64,000 nucleotides of DNA from Eubacteriales bacterium (lineage in GTDB: Bacteria; Bacillota; Clostridia; Lachnospirales; Lachnospiraceae). The notes under the pieces were generated by a model. It saw only the letters and a list, made by a program, of their open reading frames with translations, was not told where the DNA came from and did no database searches. Within the stretch, counting starts at the first letter, position 1. Each line of letters starts with the position of its first letter. This document shows, piece after piece, positions 17,842 through 26,309 of the stretch. The stretch covers positions 1,641 to 65,640 of the forward strand of contig JAUNAF010000003.1 of the NCBI GenBank assembly GCA_030527715.1. The letters run 5' to 3'. The position numbers and the translations under genes were made by a program.

Positions 17842-18438
17842 ATGTCAGTTAGCTTAACAAAGGGACAGAAGGTCAGCCTTACAAAAGAAAATGCAGGTCT
17901 TACCGGCGTCATGGTAGGTCTTGGCTGGGATGAGGTACAGCCGGAGAGAAGAGGCTTTGGATTATTTTCCAGAAAGCCGCAGGATATCGACTGCGATGCC
18001 TCTGCAATCCTTCTGAAGAACGGCAAGTTTGTGGACAAGTCTGACCTGGTTTATTTCGGAAATTTAAGACACAAGAGCAATGCAGTCATTCATCAGGGAG
18101 ACAACCTGACAGGAGCCGGCGAGGGCGATGATGAGCAGATCATGATCGATCTCTCCAGAATACCTGCAGATTATGACCGTATCGTGCTGGTAGTAAATAT
18201 CTACAGTGCAGTCAGCAGAGGACAGCATTTCGGAATGATCAGAAATGCCTTCATCCGTCTTGTGGATATGAGAAATAACAAAGAAATGTTCAAGTACAAT
18301 CTGACCGAGGATTATTCCGGAATGACAGCGATGATCTTCGGTGAGGTTTACCGTCACAACGGCGAGTGGAAATTCAGCGCGATCGGACAGGGAACCGCCG
18401 ATCCGGGCTTAAGTGAACTGGTGCGCAGATATTCCTAG
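17842..18438 (+). CDS. TerD-family stress protein (second paralogue)
   Basis: Start at the ATG at 17842, after GAGGGGG. MSVSLTKGQKVSLTK..GLGWD and [15 protein letters not shown]. Confidence 0.92.
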   Translation: MSVSLTKGQKVSLTKENAGLTGVMVGLGWDEVQPERRGFGLFSRKPQDIDCDASAILLKNGKFVDKSDLVYFGNLRHKSNAVIHQGDNLTGAGEGDDEQIMIDLSRIPADYDRIVLVVNIYSAVSRGQHFGMIRNAFIRLVDMRNNKEMFKYNLTEDYSGMTAMIFGEVYRHNGEWKFSAIGQGTADPGLSELVRRYS

Positions 18439-18478
18439 GAATGACGGAAAATATTAGCAGAAAGGGATTTATAACGTA

Positions 18479-21109
18479 ATGGAAAAGATGAATAAGGACA
18501 GTCTTCAGAAGGGACTGTCCGATTCTCAGGTAGAACAGAGTAAACGCGAACACGGCTGCAATGAGCTGGCAAAGAAGGAGAGAGAGTCGATCCTTGCCAT
18601 GTTCCTGGATGCCTTCAATGATATCTGGATCAAGGTCCTCTGCGCAGCACTGCTGCTGAAGATCGTGCTCGGTGTGATCGGTATCTTCGTACCGGCGATC
18701 GCAGGAGAGAATGATTTCATTGAGATCATCAGTATTCTTCTGGCGATCGGTTTAGCAACCGGTTTCAGCACACTTTCCGAGTATCGAAATTCTTCCAGAA
18801 GTGAGGCACTTCAGGAAGAGTACAGCAAGACCTTCGCAAAGGTCGTGCGCAACGGCAAGCTGATCAACATTCTGACCAGTGAGATCGTGCTTGGCGACAC
18901 CATTCTGGTGCAGGCCGGTGATAAGGTTCCGGTCGACGGACTGATCTTCGAGGGCAATATCAAGGTATCTCAGGCTGCCTTAAACGGTGAGTCCAGAGAT
19001 GAGAACAAGGCAGCCACGGACTCCATGGAGGAAGCCGAGAGTACAGACTATGCTTCTGAGAGCAAAGTATTCATGGGTTCTGTCGTGACCAGCGGAGAGG
19101 CTTATATGGTTGCCACTGTGATCGGTGATGCGACAGAGCTTGGTAAGATCAACAAGGCTCTGACCGATGACAGCGAGGAGGAGCGTAAGGATACCTCCAG
19201 TCTGAAGCTTGAGGTCGTAGCTGCGGGTATCGGTAAGCTCGGTGTCTCCGCGGCAGCGATTGCAGGTGTACTGCATGTACTGCTCTCTGTGATGCGTGCA
19301 AATGAGGCTGTTACCATAGTCTATGTGCTTCTGCTGATCGCTGAGGCAGTTATGCTGATGGCTTCCATCGTCATCATGGCGGTTCCGGAGGGTCTGCCGA
19401 TGATGAACAGCCTGGTACAGTCCATGAACACAGAGTCCATGTACAAGAAGAATATTCTTGTCAGCCACAAGGCAGCATTTTCGGACTCTGCATACATGAA
19501 TGTTCTGTTCAGCGATAAGACCGGTACGATCACCGAGGGTAACCTCTCTCTGGTAGAGTTCATTCTTGGAAGCGGCGTGATCGCAGAGCAGATCCAGGAC
19601 GAGGAATTTATCGAGTCCATCACTCTGAATAACCTGGCAAAGGTTTCTGAAGGCAAGGCGATCGGAAGCAACAACATGGACCGTGCGCTTCTGACCTACG
19701 CACTGAACCATGGCTATGATCCGGAGAAGAGAGCTGAGGAGAAGATCAAAGAACTCAGCGGCTTCGATTCTGAGAAAAAATGTGCAACCGTGGAGCTGAA
19801 GGACGGAACCGTGTACTGGAAGGGTGCTACGGAGAATATCCTCGGTGAGGTGACACACTATGTATCCGCAGACGGCACCATCGCAGCATTCACCGCTGAG
19901 GATCGTGCAAATGTGGAGACAAAGATGCATGAGCAGGCAGCCCGTACCATGAAGCTGCTTTCTGTAGCAAAGAAGACCAAGGATCAGACGATCCTGCAGG
20001 CAGTGCTCTGTCTGCGTGACAATGTCCGCCGCGATGCTGTTGAGACTGTTGAGATCCTCAACAGAGCAGGTATCCAGGTAGTCATGGTTACCGGTGATGC
20101 GGAGGAGACCGCAGTCGCTATCGCAAGCGAGGCAGGCATCCTTCGTCCGAACACAAATGATCTGGTTCTGACCCATGAGCAGCTGGAGGCACTCTCCGAT
20201 GAGGAGCTGAAGAAAAAGCTTCCGGATCTGCGCGTAGTCAGCAGAGCAAAGCCGCTTGATAAAAAGCGTCTGGTATCCCTGTCACAGCAGCTGGATAATG
20301 TCTGTGGTATGACCGGTGACGGTGTCAATGATGCGCCGGCTCTGAAGCAGGCAGATATCGGATTTGCAATGGGCGACGGTACCGCCGTAGCTCAGGAGGC
20401 CGGTGATGTAGTCATCCTGAACAACAGTCTGACCTCGATCAAGGACTGCGTGCTGAACAGCCGTACGATGGCGAAGTCCGTCGGAAAGTTCCTGATCTTC
20501 CAGCTGACCGTAAATATTGCAACTCTGATCATGAACATTATCGCACCGATCCTTGGATGGACCGAGCCGTTCTCCATCGTTCAGATCCTCTGGATCAACC
20601 TGATCATGGATACTCTGGCAGCAATGGCCTTCGGCGGAGAGCCGATCCTGGATCGTTACATGAATGCTCAGCCGGCAAAGAGAACCGACAGCATCCTGTC
20701 CGGATATATCAAGTCCGCGATCGCTGTCAGCGCAGTGTTTATCACGCTCGGTTCTATCCTGATCCTTGAGAACATCGGCGGTATCGCAGATTTCGTAACA
20801 CCGGCAAATGCCGCAGATCCGGAGCTGTATAAGAAGACTTTCATGTTCGCATTCTTCATCTATGCGATCATCTTCAACAGCTTTAACACCAGATCCGAGA
20901 ACTTCAATCTGCTGGAGCACATCTCCGAGAACCGCAGATTTATCTACGTTATGGGAGCGATCTTCGTTCTTCAGACCGTAATTATCGAGATCGGCGGAAG
21001 CGTATTCTCCACCACAATGCTCAGCCCGAAGGCACTGATCGTGTCTATGGTACTGGCACTGCTGATCATTCCGGTAGATATGGTTCGCAAGGCGATCGTA
21101 AACAAATAA
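18479..21109 (+). CDS. Calcium-translocating P-type ATPase (P2 type)
   Basis: 876 aa with DKTGTITEG (phosphorylation site), PEGLP in TM4, TGDGVNDAPALKQADIGFAMG, and about 10 TM segments. Confidence 0.92.
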   Translation: MEKMNKDSLQKGLSDSQVEQSKREHGCNELAKKERESILAMFLDAFNDIWIKVLCAALLLKIVLGVIGIFVPAIAGENDFIEIISILLAIGLATGFSTLSEYRNSSRSEALQEEYSKTFAKVVRNGKLINILTSEIVLGDTILVQAGDKVPVDGLIFEGNIKVSQAALNGESRDENKAATDSMEEAESTDYASESKVFMGSVVTSGEAYMVATVIGDATELGKINKALTDDSEEERKDTSSLKLEVVAAGIGKLGVSAAAIAGVLHVLLSVMRANEAVTIVYVLLLIAEAVMLMASIVIMAVPEGLPMMNSLVQSMNTESMYKKNILVSHKAAFSDSAYMNVLFSDKTGTITEGNLSLVEFILGSGVIAEQIQDEEFIESITLNNLAKVSEGKAIGSNNMDRALLTYALNHGYDPEKRAEEKIKELSGFDSEKKCATVELKDGTVYWKGATENILGEVTHYVSADGTIAAFTAEDRANVETKMHEQAARTMKLLSVAKKTKDQTILQAVLCLRDNVRRDAVETVEILNRAGIQVVMVTGDAEETAVAIASEAGILRPNTNDLVLTHEQLEALSDEELKKKLPDLRVVSRAKPLDKKRLVSLSQQLDNVCGMTGDGVNDAPALKQADIGFAMGDGTAVAQEAGDVVILNNSLTSIKDCVLNSRTMAKSVGKFLIFQLTVNIATLIMNIIAPILGWTEPFSIVQILWINLIMDTLAAMAFGGEPILDRYMNAQPAKRTDSILSGYIKSAIAVSAVFITLGSILILENIGGIADFVTPANAADPELYKKTFMFAFFIYAIIFNSFNTRSENFNLLEHISENRRFIYVMGAIFVLQTVIIEIGGSVFSTTMLSPKALIVSMVLALLIIPVDMVRKAIVNK

Positions 21110-21132
21110 TTTATAATATGATGATTACAGAA

Positions 21133-21165
21133 GGGGCTGTGAAATGATTTCACAGCCCCTGTTTT
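21133..21165 (+). terminator. Rho-independent terminator of the ATPase gene
   Basis: GGGGCTGTGAAA-tga-TTTCACAGCCCC followed by TGTTTT. Confidence 0.8.
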
Positions 21166-21170
21166 CATGG

Positions 21171-21222
21171 CAATAGAATGTTCGCGGAGCATGCATTCTA
21201 TTGTTTGCGCGAGTAGCGATGA
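21171..21222 (+). repeat. Copy of the interspersed intergenic repeat (hairpin plus start of box2)
   Basis: CAATAGAATG-ttcgcggagcatg-CATTCTATTG followed by TTTGCGCGAGTAGCGATGA. See 6731-6863 and 3703-3749. Confidence 0.6.
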
Positions 21223-21245
21223 TATTAATTTAGTATTTTCAGGAT

Positions 21246-21563
21246 TTACGGAAAAAGAACTGGATTTTCTTGATTTCTTCCGTAAATTCGTGTCTTTTAC
21301 AAGCCGGCAGGCGACGAAAAGCAGCAGTTTACGGAAGAATTTATGGAAAAGTATGATTAGTTCCGTAAAAAGAGGCATATTCCGGTTGGTTTGCAGGATC
21401 CACCGACTGAAAATGCAGGATTTTACAGAAGATATCTACAGAAAGATGGTATTAGTTCCGTAATTGATCGAAAAAGCGGGTTTAAGTTCCTTCGGAAACG
21501 GTGAATTTACGGAAAAACGGAAGAAGATCAGCTGACTTCTTCCGTAACTGGGAAATTCCGTAA
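21246..21563. repeat. Array of eight exact TTACGGAA/TTCCGTAA octamers, including three inverted-repeat units with 32-33 bp centre spacing
   Basis: TTACGGAA starts at 21246, 21329 and 21507. TTCCGTAA starts at 21278, 21361, 21456, 21540 and 21556. Longer shared cores are ATTTACGGAAAAA (x2) and ATTAGTTCCGTAA (x2). Confidence 0.75.
21510..21546 (-). terminator. Rho-independent terminator of the TauE/SafE-family gene
   Basis: On the - strand: ACGGAAGAAG-tcagctgat-CTTCTTCCGT followed by TTTTTCC. The stem is built from the third octamer pair. Confidence 0.65.
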
Positions 21564-21585
21564 CATAGAAATGATATCCTGACTT

Positions 21586-22347
21586 TTAAAAGAGACCTGT
21601 CACGATCTTGATAAAGAGCAGTGCAAGTACGACTACGGTGATCGGACGGACGATCTTGGTGCCGTCTTTCATGACAAAGCCTGCACCGAGATAATGACCT
21701 GCAATGCTGAATGCGCTGGCTGCGAGGCCGACGGTCCAGATGATCTTTCCTGCAAAGATAAAGGTGACCAGTGCTGCAACATTGGAAGAGAGATTTACGA
21801 TCTTCATATTTCCGGAAGCAGTGCGGAGATCCATTTTTGCGAGACCTGTAAAGGCGAGGAGCAGGAAGGTTCCGGTACCCGGTCCGTAAAAGCCGTCATA
21901 GATGCCGATGATCAGCGAGGAGATGACGATGATGGTGTACTGGGTCGAGGTCTTCAGAGAAAACGGATGCTCAGGCTCCAGGTTTTTTCGGGTAAGTACA
22001 TAGAAGGCAACGACCGGAAGCAGGATCACAAGCACGATCTGCAGGATACGCTCACTGGTGTGCAGCGCAAGATTGGCTCCGAATACAGAACCGACCAGAG
22101 CTGCCAGAACAGAGGGCAGTGCGACCTTCATATCAGCATACTTGTGTTTGACAAGACGGGCAGTGGAAAAGGCTGTTCCGGTAGTTGAGGAGAGCTTGTT
22201 GGTGGCGATGGCTGAGTGGATCGGAAGTCCCGCTACGAGGTAGGCAGGCAGTGAGATCAGTCCGCCTCCGCCGGCAATGGCGTCAATAAAGCTTGCAAGA
22301 AATACGGCAGGACAGACGATCAGAAAGGTGATGAAGCTGGGTTCCAC
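21586..22347 (-). CDS. TauE/SafE (TSUP) family anion exporter membrane protein
   Basis: 253 aa with about 8 TM segments. N-terminus FLASFIDAIAGGGGLISLPAYL is typical of the family. Confidence 0.85.
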   Translation of the reverse strand: MEPSFITFLIVCPAVFLASFIDAIAGGGGLISLPAYLVAGLPIHSAIATNKLSSTTGTAFSTARLVKHKYADMKVALPSVLAALVGSVFGANLALHTSERILQIVLVILLPVVAFYVLTRKNLEPEHPFSLKTSTQYTIIVISSLIIGIYDGFYGPGTGTFLLLAFTGLAKMDLRTASGNMKIVNLSSNVAALVTFIFAGKIIWTVGLAASAFSIAGHYLGAGFVMKDGTKIVRPITVVVLALLFIKIVTGLF

Positions 22348-22544
22348 GATGTTGTTCCTCCTTGATATTATGAAAATAAAACATGTTGTTTTTACTCACA
22401 ATATCTTAGTATATAAAAAAAGCAGGAGTGAATCAAGAATGTTTCTTGATAAGTTTTTCTGTTGCTGATAGAATAAAAACAATGGACAGGCGGCGAAGAG
22501 GAAGGGAGTCCGTCTGTGCGAAAAATTTCACATTGGAGGATTCT

Positions 22545-23777
22545 ATGAAGAAAGAGAAGAAAAAACTGTCCCTGGCAGTCCAGATCTTTATTGCCCTGGT
22601 TGCCGCAATTATTGTGGGATTGCTGATGGTCAATCATTCCGACTTTGCAACCTCATACATTAAACCGTTTGGTACGATTTTCCTGAATCTTGTAAAATTC
22701 ATCGTTGTACCGATCGTGCTGTTCTCCATCATGAGCGGTATCATCTCCATGAGAGATATCAAAAAGGTCGGATCCATCGGTTTAAAGACCGTTGTTTTCT
22801 ATCTGTGTACCACAGCGTTCGCAATCATTATCGGTCTTGCGGGCGGTAATGTATTCAAGGGACTTTTCCCGGTAGTTGCCACAACAGACCTTACCTATGA
22901 GGCAGCGGAAGCAGTTCCGTTTATGGATACCATCGTCAATATTTTCCCGTCAAACTTTATCTCACCGATGGTAAATGCCAACATGCTGCAGATCATTGTG
23001 ATGGCACTGCTGTTCGGATTCTCCATTATTCTGATCGGAGAGCGCAACCAGAGGATCATTGACGGAGTAAATACACTGAATGATGTCTTCATGAAGTGTA
23101 TGGAGATGATCCTGAAGCTTTCCCCGATCGGTGTATTCTGCCTGCTCTGTCCGGTCATCGCAGAGAACGGTGCAAAGATCATCGGATCTCTGGCTATGGT
23201 ACTTCTGGCAGCATACATCTGTTACTTTGTACATGCAGTGATCGTATACTCACTGAGTGCCAAGGTTCTTGGCGGAGTAAGTGCAGTCACCTTCTTTAAG
23301 GAGATGATGCCGGCGATCATGTTTGCATTCTCCAGCGCATCCTCTGTCGGTACACTGCCGATCAATATGGAATGTACGGAAAAGCTCGGAGTAGACCGTG
23401 AGATCTCCTCCTTCGTACTGCCGCTCGGAGCAACCATCAATATGGACGGAACTGCGATCTATCAGGGTGTCTGTGCGATCTTCATCGCATCCTGCTTCGG
23501 CATTGAGCTGACCCTGCCGCAGATGGTCACCATCGTACTTACTGCGACTCTGGCATCTATCGGAACCGCAGGTGTACCGGGTGCCGGCATGGTAATGCTT
23601 GCCATGGTGCTGACCTCTGTAGGTCTTCCGGTAGAGGGTATCGCACTGGTGGCAGGTGTGGACCGTATCTTTGATATGGGACGTACCACAGTAAATATCA
23701 CAGGTGATGCCTGCTGTTCCGTTGTTGTCAGCAACCTCGAAAGAAAAAAAGAGGCAAGAAAGGGAAGTCAGAAATGA
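22545..23777 (+). CDS. Dicarboxylate/amino acid:cation symporter (DAACS family)
   Basis: Start at the ATG at 22545, after GGAGGA. 410-aa polytopic protein with SSASSVGTLP and GATINMDGTA motifs typical of GltP/SstT-like carriers. Confidence 0.88.
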   Translation: MKKEKKKLSLAVQIFIALVAAIIVGLLMVNHSDFATSYIKPFGTIFLNLVKFIVVPIVLFSIMSGIISMRDIKKVGSIGLKTVVFYLCTTAFAIIIGLAGGNVFKGLFPVVATTDLTYEAAEAVPFMDTIVNIFPSNFISPMVNANMLQIIVMALLFGFSIILIGERNQRIIDGVNTLNDVFMKCMEMILKLSPIGVFCLLCPVIAENGAKIIGSLAMVLLAAYICYFVHAVIVYSLSAKVLGGVSAVTFFKEMMPAIMFAFSSASSVGTLPINMECTEKLGVDREISSFVLPLGATINMDGTAIYQGVCAIFIASCFGIELTLPQMVTIVLTATLASIGTAGVPGAGMVMLAMVLTSVGLPVEGIALVAGVDRIFDMGRTTVNITGDACCSVVVSNLERKKEARKGSQK

Positions 23778-25306
23778 TTACAATAAAAGCTTATCGCGGA
23801 CATATCCGCAACTGGGAGGCGCTCTGTGCAGAGCTCTCCGTCGATCCGTCACTCTCCAGAGAGGAGCGTGAGGCAGAAATTCTGGTGAAGGCCTATCAGA
23901 CCTGGGGACATGAGATGGCAGACCATATGCACGGCATGTTTGCCTTCGCCCTCTATGATGAGGAGAAGGAGGAGCTGTTCTGCCTCCGTGACCAGTTCGG
24001 TACAAAACCGTTCTATTACTATGAGACCGAGGATCACCGCCTGCTCTTCGGCACGATGATCCGTGATATTCTGGAGCAGCCGGGATTTGATAAGGAACTG
24101 AATGAGAAAATGCTGCAGCTCTACCTGAGCCTGACCTATGTGGCAGGTGAGGAGACCTTCTTTGCAGGATTAAAGAAACTGCTTCCGGGACATTATCTGG
24201 TATTCAAAGACGGCAAGCTTGAGATCACCAGATACTGGACACCGCAGTTTGCTCCGCAGGAGGACAGATCCCTGGAGGACTGGGCAGAGGAGATCCACAG
24301 CACACTCAAGAGTATTATGCCGGAGGTGCTGGCAGCAGATGAGACTGCAGAATCCTTCCTGTCCGGCGGTGTGGATTCTTCCTATGTGCTTGCCATGTCC
24401 AATGTGAAGGCAGTAGACACCTGCGGTTATGAGGAGCCGAGATTCGATGAGTCCGGACTGGCTGCAGAGACTGCAAAACTGCTGGAAAGAGACTGCAACC
24501 GCTGCCTGATCACCCCGGAGCAGTATTTTGAGATCGTTCCGTGGGTTATGAAAAACATGGAGCAGCCGCTGGGAGATGCATCGGCTATCGCCTTCGCGAT
24601 CGCCTGCAGAGCTACCGCAGAGCACACGAAGATCTGCTACTCCGGTGAGGGAGCAGATGAGTTCTTCGGCGGTTACAATATGTACCGCAATGCGGAGCGC
24701 TACGGTGAGAATCTGAAGACCTTCTATGTGGGCAACACCAACATCATGAAGGAAGATGAGAAGCAGAGAATCCTGAAGAACTATGATGAGAAGGTTCTGC
24801 CGATCGGCCTGGTAAAGGATCTTTACGAGGAGATGGAGGGACTCGATCCACTTACCAAGATGTCAAATGTGGATATTCAGATCTGGCTGGAGGGAGATAT
24901 CTATCTGAATGTGGATAAGATGAGCACCGCAGCAGGACTGGAGATCCGTATGCCGCTGACTGACCGCAGAATCTTTGACATTGCCTCCCGCATGCCGTCC
25001 AGATTCAAGGTAAATGAGGAGCAGAACAAGGTCGCACTGCGTACCGCAGCAGCAAAGGTACTGCCGGAGGAGATCGCTTTCCGCAAAAAGCTCGGCTTTA
25101 TCGTGCCGATCCGTATCTGGATGGCGGACGACCGTTACAATCAGGATGTCAGAGCAAAATTCGCAGGTGAGACTGCAGAGAAGTTCTTTAACAAAGAAGA
25201 GATTCAGGCGATCTTTGACGAGTATGTCGGAGGCAATTCCGATAACTGGAGAAAGGTATGGACGATCTACACCTTCCTGGTTTGGTATGAGGAATACTTC
25301 AATTAA
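23774..25306 (+). CDS. Asparagine synthase (AsnB) homologue lacking the N-terminal glutaminase nucleophile
   Basis: 510 aa with an intact synthetase PP-loop (FLSGGVDSSYV). The N-terminus begins MITIKAYRGHIRNW.., which aligns to about residue 55-60 of canonical MCG.. AsnB enzymes. An in-frame stop lies at 23705-23707. ATGA overlap with the symporter gene. Confidence 0.75.
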   Translation: MITIKAYRGHIRNWEALCAELSVDPSLSREEREAEILVKAYQTWGHEMADHMHGMFAFALYDEEKEELFCLRDQFGTKPFYYYETEDHRLLFGTMIRDILEQPGFDKELNEKMLQLYLSLTYVAGEETFFAGLKKLLPGHYLVFKDGKLEITRYWTPQFAPQEDRSLEDWAEEIHSTLKSIMPEVLAADETAESFLSGGVDSSYVLAMSNVKAVDTCGYEEPRFDESGLAAETAKLLERDCNRCLITPEQYFEIVPWVMKNMEQPLGDASAIAFAIACRATAEHTKICYSGEGADEFFGGYNMYRNAERYGENLKTFYVGNTNIMKEDEKQRILKNYDEKVLPIGLVKDLYEEMEGLDPLTKMSNVDIQIWLEGDIYLNVDKMSTAAGLEIRMPLTDRRIFDIASRMPSRFKVNEEQNKVALRTAAAKVLPEEIAFRKKLGFIVPIRIWMADDRYNQDVRAKFAGETAEKFFNKEEIQAIFDEYVGGNSDNWRKVWTIYTFLVWYEEYFN

Positions 25307-25399
25307 ACGTCAATCGCAGATACAACGATAGATAAAAGTCAATGGCTTCGTCATGACCGCACCTCGGGACTTTTATATATAATAGAATGGTGAAAACAG

Positions 25400-25576
25400 A
25401 TGGCAAATCAGTGTGAATACTGCGCATACTATACGTATGACGACGAATGTGAGGAATATTTCTGTGAGGTCAATCTGGATGAGGACGATCTGGCCGGCTT
25501 TCTTGCCGGCAGCCGAGAGTCCTGTCCGTATTACCGAAACGGAGATGAATATGCCGTAGTACGGCATCAGCTGTAA
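25400..25576 (+). CDS. Small Cys-rich acidic protein (58 aa), below the ORF-track length cutoff
   Basis: MANQCEYCAYYTYDDECEEYFCEVNLDEDDLAGFLAGSRESCPYYRNGDEYAVVRHQL. Cys pattern CxxC..C..C..C. It ends 15 nt before udk. It resembles small conserved proteins (DUF6472-like) seen upstream of udk in Clostridia, recalled from memory. Confidence 0.5.
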   Translation: MANQCEYCAYYTYDDECEEYFCEVNLDEDDLAGFLAGSRESCPYYRNGDEYAVVRHQL

Positions 25577-25591
25577 GAAGGGAGTGAGTTC

Positions 25592-26209
25592 ATGGGAGAG
25601 GTACTGGTTATCGGAATCGCCGGAGGAAGCGGCAGCGGAAAGACAACACTGACCAATCAGATCGCTGCATCTCTGAAAGAGAACGTGACAGTGGTAAAGC
25701 ACGACAACTATTACAAGGCACACGATGATATGACCTACGAGGAGCGCGTGACGCTTAACTATGATCATCCGAATGCATTTGACACGGATCTTCTGATCGA
25801 GCATCTCGCAAAGCTGCGCCGCGGCGAGAGCGTCGAGTGTCCGGTGTATGATTTTAAGATCCACAACCGAAGCAAGGATACGATCACGATCGTGCCGGGC
25901 CGCGTAGTGATCGTGGAGGGAATTCTGATCTTTGAAAATCCGAAGCTGTGTGAAATGATGGATATCCGCATCTTTGTGGACTGCGATGCGGACCTGCGCA
26001 TCATCCGCAGAATTCAGAGAGATGTTATGGAGAGAGCCAGAAGTCTGGATTCTGTAATTTCACAGTATCTGAATACGGTAAAGCCGATGCATGAGCAGTT
26101 TGTGGAGCCGAGCAAGAAGAATGCAAACATTATCGTGCCGGAAGGCGGGTATAATCAGGTCGCAATGGAGATGATCCGCAGCCATATCCAGAAATATATG
26201 GAAGACTGA
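25592..26209 (+). CDS. udk: Uridine kinase
   Basis: 205 aa with P-loop GIAGGSGSGKTT and overall Udk-like sequence (DNYYK, NYDHPNAFD). Confidence 0.95.
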   Translation: MGEVLVIGIAGGSGSGKTTLTNQIAASLKENVTVVKHDNYYKAHDDMTYEERVTLNYDHPNAFDTDLLIEHLAKLRRGESVECPVYDFKIHNRSKDTITIVPGRVVIVEGILIFENPKLCEMMDIRIFVDCDADLRIIRRIQRDVMERARSLDSVISQYLNTVKPMHEQFVEPSKKNANIIVPEGGYNQVAMEMIRSHIQKYMED

Positions 26210-26309
26210 TAAAAAAATTATAAACAAAGTCTTTATCTTTAGTTCAAAATTTGTTAGAATATGGAGAACACAATTATAAGCCATAGTATGGCACATAGGA
26301 GGAATTCAC

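Noticed and set aside
21167-21463. A 98-aa ORF in the gap between the convergent ATPase and TauE genes.
   Set aside because: It is AT-rich with no RBS. It begins inside the intergenic repeat hairpin and is built from the octamer repeats. Its composition is not protein-like. It is treated as non-coding repeat DNA.
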